Below, piece by piece: positions 58,345 through 64,000 of a stretch of 64,000 nt of DNA. The stretch's first letter is position 1, and every line of letters begins with the position of its first letter. Source of the DNA: Macrostomum lignano (taxonomy: Eukaryota); assembly GCA_002269645.1 (NCBI GenBank), contig NIVC01003270.1:31063-95062 (forward strand), read 5' to 3'. The translations under genes were made by a program, and so were the position numbers. The notes under the pieces are model-generated. The model worked only from the letters and a program-made list of their open reading frames with translations. It had not been told where the DNA came from and ran no database searches.

Positions 58345-61300
58345 ATGTCTACTATTGCCCAGGTCGGCGGTATTCGTAAAAGTTCAAGCAGCTCAGTCTC
58401 AGATTTAACTGAAGTGGACAGGCACTCATCTGACGGATATAACACCCCTTCCCGTTTAGAGACTGACTACAATATTGATGAATTTTTGAAGGCTTACTAC
58501 GAGTACAAGAAGGAAAATATTCCTGATAATCAAGATTCTGAGGATGACGAGGATAATGAGAATGATGGGCTGCAAAAACGGCCGCCTCTGGATCACGGAT
58601 TTATGGACGATCTGCTGGTTTACGTACTGGATGGAAAGTTTGACGAAGCGGTTGAATTTGTCAAAACCATGTACGACCGACAGCTTGATTTGCAACAAGA
58701 CAGGCAAAAGAGAACTGCCGCTCACTATGCTGCAATGAGGGCTGAAGGAGCAGGACTGCTCAAGAAATTAGTACAAAAAGTGGGTACTTCTTGTCTGAAG
58801 CATGAGGACTGCAACTTGGTAACTCCACTTCAATATGCTGCTCAGAACTATTCACTGTGGCAGTTTAAGGATCTATTTCCAGGTGCGGAACAAGAGCTGC
58901 GGAGCTCAACTCATAGAAATAAACTCGGAGACACGCTGGCCCACTTTGCTGCTAGAAACACTGGAGATAAAGAAGTCATCAAAGCGGTGCTCCACGGCAA
59001 CAAGCCAGATCGGTTGTTATGGCCAAACAACAGAGGCCGCACGGTGCTGCATGAGGCCGTTGAGCACTGCAGTGCCGAAACTGTGAAGGACCTGCTTAGC
59101 TTCATCTCAGTGGGCCTGGGAGGTGAGAACAATGATGAAGATACCCAAGGCTCCTTAACAACCAATGATCAGCAACAGGAAGGAGAAGACGAAACGAGTA
59201 CAAGCACAAACCAAAGGAAACAAAAAGTATCGCAGGAGGTCATTCAGAAAATGAAAAATCTGAAAGATTCCACCGGAAGCACACTGGCCCACTGCGCCTC
59301 TAGGAACCGAAATACCAACCGCGATGATGGCGAAGTGTTCCTGGAAGTGAAACAGCTATTTGGCAATGAGTGCCTTAACTGGGAGAACTCAATGAATCAG
59401 ACAGTGCTGCAGGCAGTTATCCAGTACAGCTCAAGCAGCACGGCTGAACAGATGGTAGATGCTTTCGGTACAGAAAATGCAGATCAGTTTTTCACGCATA
59501 CGGATGAGTCTAAAAACGGTTACCTTCACTTTGCCGCGATGTACAAAAAAGTAAACACATTTGGAAAGATATTAGAGCTCATGAAGAAAGCTCGCGTAGG
59601 CGAAGAGGAAGATGAGCACATAAAGCAAATTTGTGACAAGCCCAATGTCGACGGCCAAACAGTTTTGCTCCTTGCGGCCGAAAACGAAGATGAAATATCG
59701 ATTCTGAAGGAGGAACTTCCCTTAGATGATTGGGGGAAAGTGACTGGTAAGCGCGACAATAGAAACAGAAACATGCTTTTCTACGCCTGCATGAACTGGA
59801 ATTTCTCAGTTTTTGAGTTTCATTCAAACGAAGCAGACATTACGGTTTTCACAGAAGTCGATGCCGATGGAAACAGTCTTTTACACGCTCTGTTCATGAA
59901 TCCCAACAACGATATAGAAAATTCTCTACCTAATTTTTTTAAATTTCTGAAATTCTTTGCTGATAAAACGGCTGATGGAATTAGGCAGGAAAACAATTTG
60001 GGAAAAAACTTTCTTCACTGCTCCCAGATAAATGAGGAAATTCTGATTAAAATTTTGACTGACGCAAATGAACATCAAATGGAAGAAAAATTGAAACAAG
60101 TTTTTCTGAGCAAGGAAGGCGTTCACTTAGTTCACGAGTTCGCATGCAGGTACAACCTGGTGAAACTGATGAGACCCCTTTCTGAGATTGCTGGAGTGAA
60201 GAAAGCCGAACTGCGGAGCAAAAAAGTCGAGAGAGGTCCCTACAAGGGTGCAACCTGCCTGCACTTCGCCTGCCGGGCCGGTCACAAGGCCAACATTGCT
60301 TACTTGTTGAAAAAGAGCCTTAGTATCGACGCTAGAGACGACGATGGGCGCACTTGCGTAGATTACGCTCGCAGCGCGGATCAGCTGGAAAAGCTTGCGG
60401 AGGTAACGGGGAAATCAGAGCTGGAATTTCTTCGCCTTCTGGACCCGACTCGAGCAGCCTTAAAAGTACCTGACCGAGCCGCCGCCATGCAGTACATCAG
60501 TCAGATTGTCGATCAGCCGGTGATAGATGAAGTAGGACGAGGCCAGTCACAAGTCATAAATGAAACACAGACAGACCAGCCCAAACATTCAACTGACGCA
60601 TCAAGCAAGCCTTCGACTGAAGTCTCGGTGTTTAAGGCAGTCTGGAAGGATGGCTCGACCAGGGCGCTTCGAAGCGCACTTAAGCTAGACCCACTAAATT
60701 TAGATACTGAAGCAAAATTCATTCGGTATTGGGTGAAGAAGCATCCCAAAGATGAATGCATCGATGAAAACATAGAAGAGATAAGAATAGTTAACCTTGC
60801 GCTTAGACATGGGAAGCTCAATCTTCTCCCCGACCTCATTCTGACGAGGCAGTTTGAGCTGATTCCCAGCTGCATTCTGCTGATAATTCAGTTGAAGCAA
60901 AAAAAGGTCAATACTAAGGTATGCTGCGACCAGCTAAAACGTCTTAAAAGCAAAGTCATTAGTATTGCTGTAAACACTGTGGACGAACTGTACACAAATG
61001 CGAACGGCAGAGAAGAGAGGCAGCTTTTATTCGACTACATTAAAGGTGAAATCGGAGGTCCAAAGTTTAGCATTGCCGACGAGGAGTCGCAACAGGCTCA
61101 GCAGCACACTATTTTGGAACTGGTGGAAATAGCTGAATGCGAGGATCTGTACGCTGCAGACTGCATCTACAAACTGGCTAAAAAAGAATGGAAAAAGTCA
61201 AAAATCTGTGGAAGTCCAAGAGCTCACTTCGTATTTAGCTTGGCTATCTACATACTATTCATGCTATACTTTGCTTGGTTTATTACCGACTTTAGGAGGA

Positions 61301-62727
61301 CATTCGATTCGTCGGCTTCTGATGCGATTTTGACAGCATTCGCGCTGCTGTTTTTCGTGCTCGAACTCATAGAACTATTCTCGCTTCCGCCAAACAAAAT
61401 TTGTTGTTGCAGAAGCAGGTGGACCAAGTGCTCAATGTACTGGAGAAATGTCTACAACGTGTTCGACTTCATAGCACTGGTCCTTCTGTGGCTTGGCATT
61501 GTCTGGAAATGGATAATATTCGGAAAATCGGAGTACGTCACTGCCTACGCGTGTCAGTCTGTTCTCAGCACGTCGTTCCTTTTTTTTGGATTTCGGTCTG
61601 TTGCCTTTCTAAGCTCGTGGCAAAGGACCGGGGCCGTCATCGTCATACTGAAGAATTTAATCGTCAAAGATTTGGGCCCCTTCTTAGCTATCATTGCCCT
61701 TGTTTTCCTGTCTTTCGGGGTGTTCTTCTTCAATTTGCTGTTCCCGTCAATAACTGCGGAGACTAGCGAAACTCGGGACACATTTTACTGGTGGCGAGTC
61801 ATGCTGCAGATTTTTACAATGCCGTTTGACTTGCTTTTTACCAACTACGATCGCCTTGAGTTCGAAACTCCTACAAGCGGCTCTCCCCAGAAAGTCGGTT
61901 CAGTGACAAACGCCATCGGGCTATCCTGGTTTCGCAATCTTATGATGTTTGTCTTCCTCCTTCTGGTAAACATTGTAATGGTGAACCTTCTTATCGCTCT
62001 GTTTAGTCTCCGAGTGAGTACACTTCACAGTAAGGCCATCGGAATTTGGAGACAGGGATATTTTGAGCTGCTTCTTATGTATCAGAGACGTGCTGAACTG
62101 TGTCGGTCCTGCGTTGGAAGGAGTGCCTCGATTTATCCAGATGACAACCAAGACGTGAGAGCTGATTTGGTAGTTTGCTATAAAATTAAATCCTATTTAA
62201 TTGGTTTGTAATTTCAGTTCCTATTTTATTGCACTCAGCTTTCTTCTCTTGCCTTACAGGTTGTAATAGACGGGAAAAAATATAAAAAGTCATACCTGCG
62301 TTACCTGCGTTACCAAGCTCAACAACTGCGTAAGATTCGTCCAAGGCTGTCTCAAGAATTGGAAAAAAATCGAAGCGATTTCGAACAGCTAAAAGCGCAT
62401 TTTGAGAACAACATGGCACAAGTGCAATCTGAGACCAGCGAGGATCTAGCGCACTTACAGCGCAAGTTTAAGGAACTTGAGCACGCTCAGAATCTCAGCC
62501 TCCAAGAAATCCTAGAAATCCTGAAACGTCTGCCACAGCAGAGCCAGCAGGAACCTGAAACTGACCAAGGTAGAACGTAGCAGTGACTGTTGGTAATCAA
62601 GCTGATTGCAAACTATTGGCTACCTGAGACAGATAGTTTCTTTTTACTCTTACGACTAAAAGTTAGTGTGAGCTGCCTAATATCTCTTATTACAGGTGAA
62701 ATCTCGAAATTAGGTCAGAATTTTTAG
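58345..62727 (+). CDS. Ankyrin-repeat TRP cation channel with TRPM-like pre-S1/TM/TRP region and a C-terminal coiled coil
   Basis: Exon 58345-62154 (1270 codons), exon 62260-62569/62580, and a possible last exon 62696-62727. About 13 ankyrin-like motifs (e.g. GATCLHFACRAGH), six TM segments, S6 LLVNIVMVNLLIALFS and TRP-box-like IWRQGYFELL. Upstream acceptor at 58325. Confidence 0.9.
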
Positions 62728-64000
62728 TATATAGGATCGACAATAGAAGTATGAAATTAACAAATTAAATTTCGGTCTTAAAACATATTACGATAAGAAT
62801 GCCAGTAGAAAAGCTTTGAATTTGCTTTTGTTTCAGCAGAAAATACTTTATTTTAAGTCTAAAACCGATAAAAACACAACTACGAGTACATGAGAACTTT
62901 AAGCAGTTTTTTTTCGAATTCAAAAAGGGATTTGATTCGATCATGAAAAGCGCACTGCAGGGAGCACACACTGCTTCACTATCATACTTTTTATACGGTG
63001 AGTTTGATGCATATGCTTTTTCATTTTTATTCCGACTTATTTAATTCAAGTTTTTATTACTTTTTTATTCCCAAGACCTTTATAACTGTTTCAGCTGAAT
63101 GTTTAAAAAATTATTCTAGAAGTTTTTCATTAGCTATTATAAAAAAATTTACGCATTCTTCGTATTTATTGCTTTTAATTAATATGAAAGACAAGGTTCC
63201 GTAGGTTTTGTGAATTTTGTTGCTAACCATTTTTAAAAACGCAGACTCAACTATTAGTAGTTTTTATTAGAGTAGTATTTGTAGTTTTAGCTATAGCTAG
63301 TGTTGTCATAACTTGCGTGAAGAAATTATTATAATATCAAAATAAAACAAAATATCAATATATTCAACGTTTTTTAATTATTCAACGTAGATGCTTTAAG
63401 TGCAGGACACGATCTTTAATAAATATGATAGCTTTAAATTGAATGACCCAAATAAATTCGCTTCTATACGAGAGCTTCTTTTCTCCATAATGCTTTCTCT
63501 GCTGCGATGTGCAACACTTGTATCAACACTTCTCTGGTGAAAAGCCATTTGATTGTGACGAGCAACGTGTATTTTTATTATCAACAATAAAGCTATCAGT
63601 TTTTAATGAACCAAGACCAATTTCAAAGATATGTATGCTGGTTGAGTTTTGGCAGGTTATTTGTGTCAGTTTGAAGAGCTAAACCTCTTACGCTCGTAAA
63701 AAAATACAATTCTCGCTACGGTTGCCCCGAATGTTATTAACAGATGGATGCTGGTAAAACTAACCAGTTCCTCCAGCTCATCCAGTTCCTCCGGACAACA
63801 GGACGTGCCACACTCTTTTCTCCAGAGGACCACACTGTAGGACAGACTGGGGGACCACCCTGACCGACTTCGTACCTTTGCCTGTCTGCGGGTCTTCAGG
63901 GGCTAGCGGAATGGATGACACTTGCCTCCCCGTTGTGTCCAATGGACCAACCTGCAGCTACTCGAAAGTCAAGAAGCGGGTAAAGTACGAGTATTTCTCA

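Overview
Eukaryotic (invertebrate metazoan) genomic DNA. GC-rich exons, minisatellite- and (GACA)n-filled introns and dense same-strand gene packing are reminiscent of the flatworm Macrostomum; this is inference, not verified. 1-32.5 kb: a run of minus-strand genes - WDR34/DYNC2I2, PRPF40, an orphan two-TM ORF, a long OTULIN/FAM105-like probable pseudo-deubiquitinase, a candidate micro-exon TM gene and a HEAT-repeat protein. Most of their introns hold tandem arrays, and several units are amplified copies of the adjacent splice signal. 13-21.4 kb is gene-poor. 32.5-43 kb is an AT-rich transposon graveyard with a non-autonomous LTR element and a Mutator-like MITE. 44-50 kb holds a tail-to-tail pair of secreted PAN/Apple + ConA/LamG-like paralogues, a 37-bp-arm hairpin and a WSC fragment. 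56.4-58 kb is an IS630/Tc1-type transposon with 157-bp TIRs, just upstream of an ankyrin-repeat TRP channel with TRPM-like features (58.3-62.7 kb). Eight frameshifts are each repairable by adding one base to a short homopolymer and look like long-read assembly errors. All exon structures were read by hand; no database search was run.
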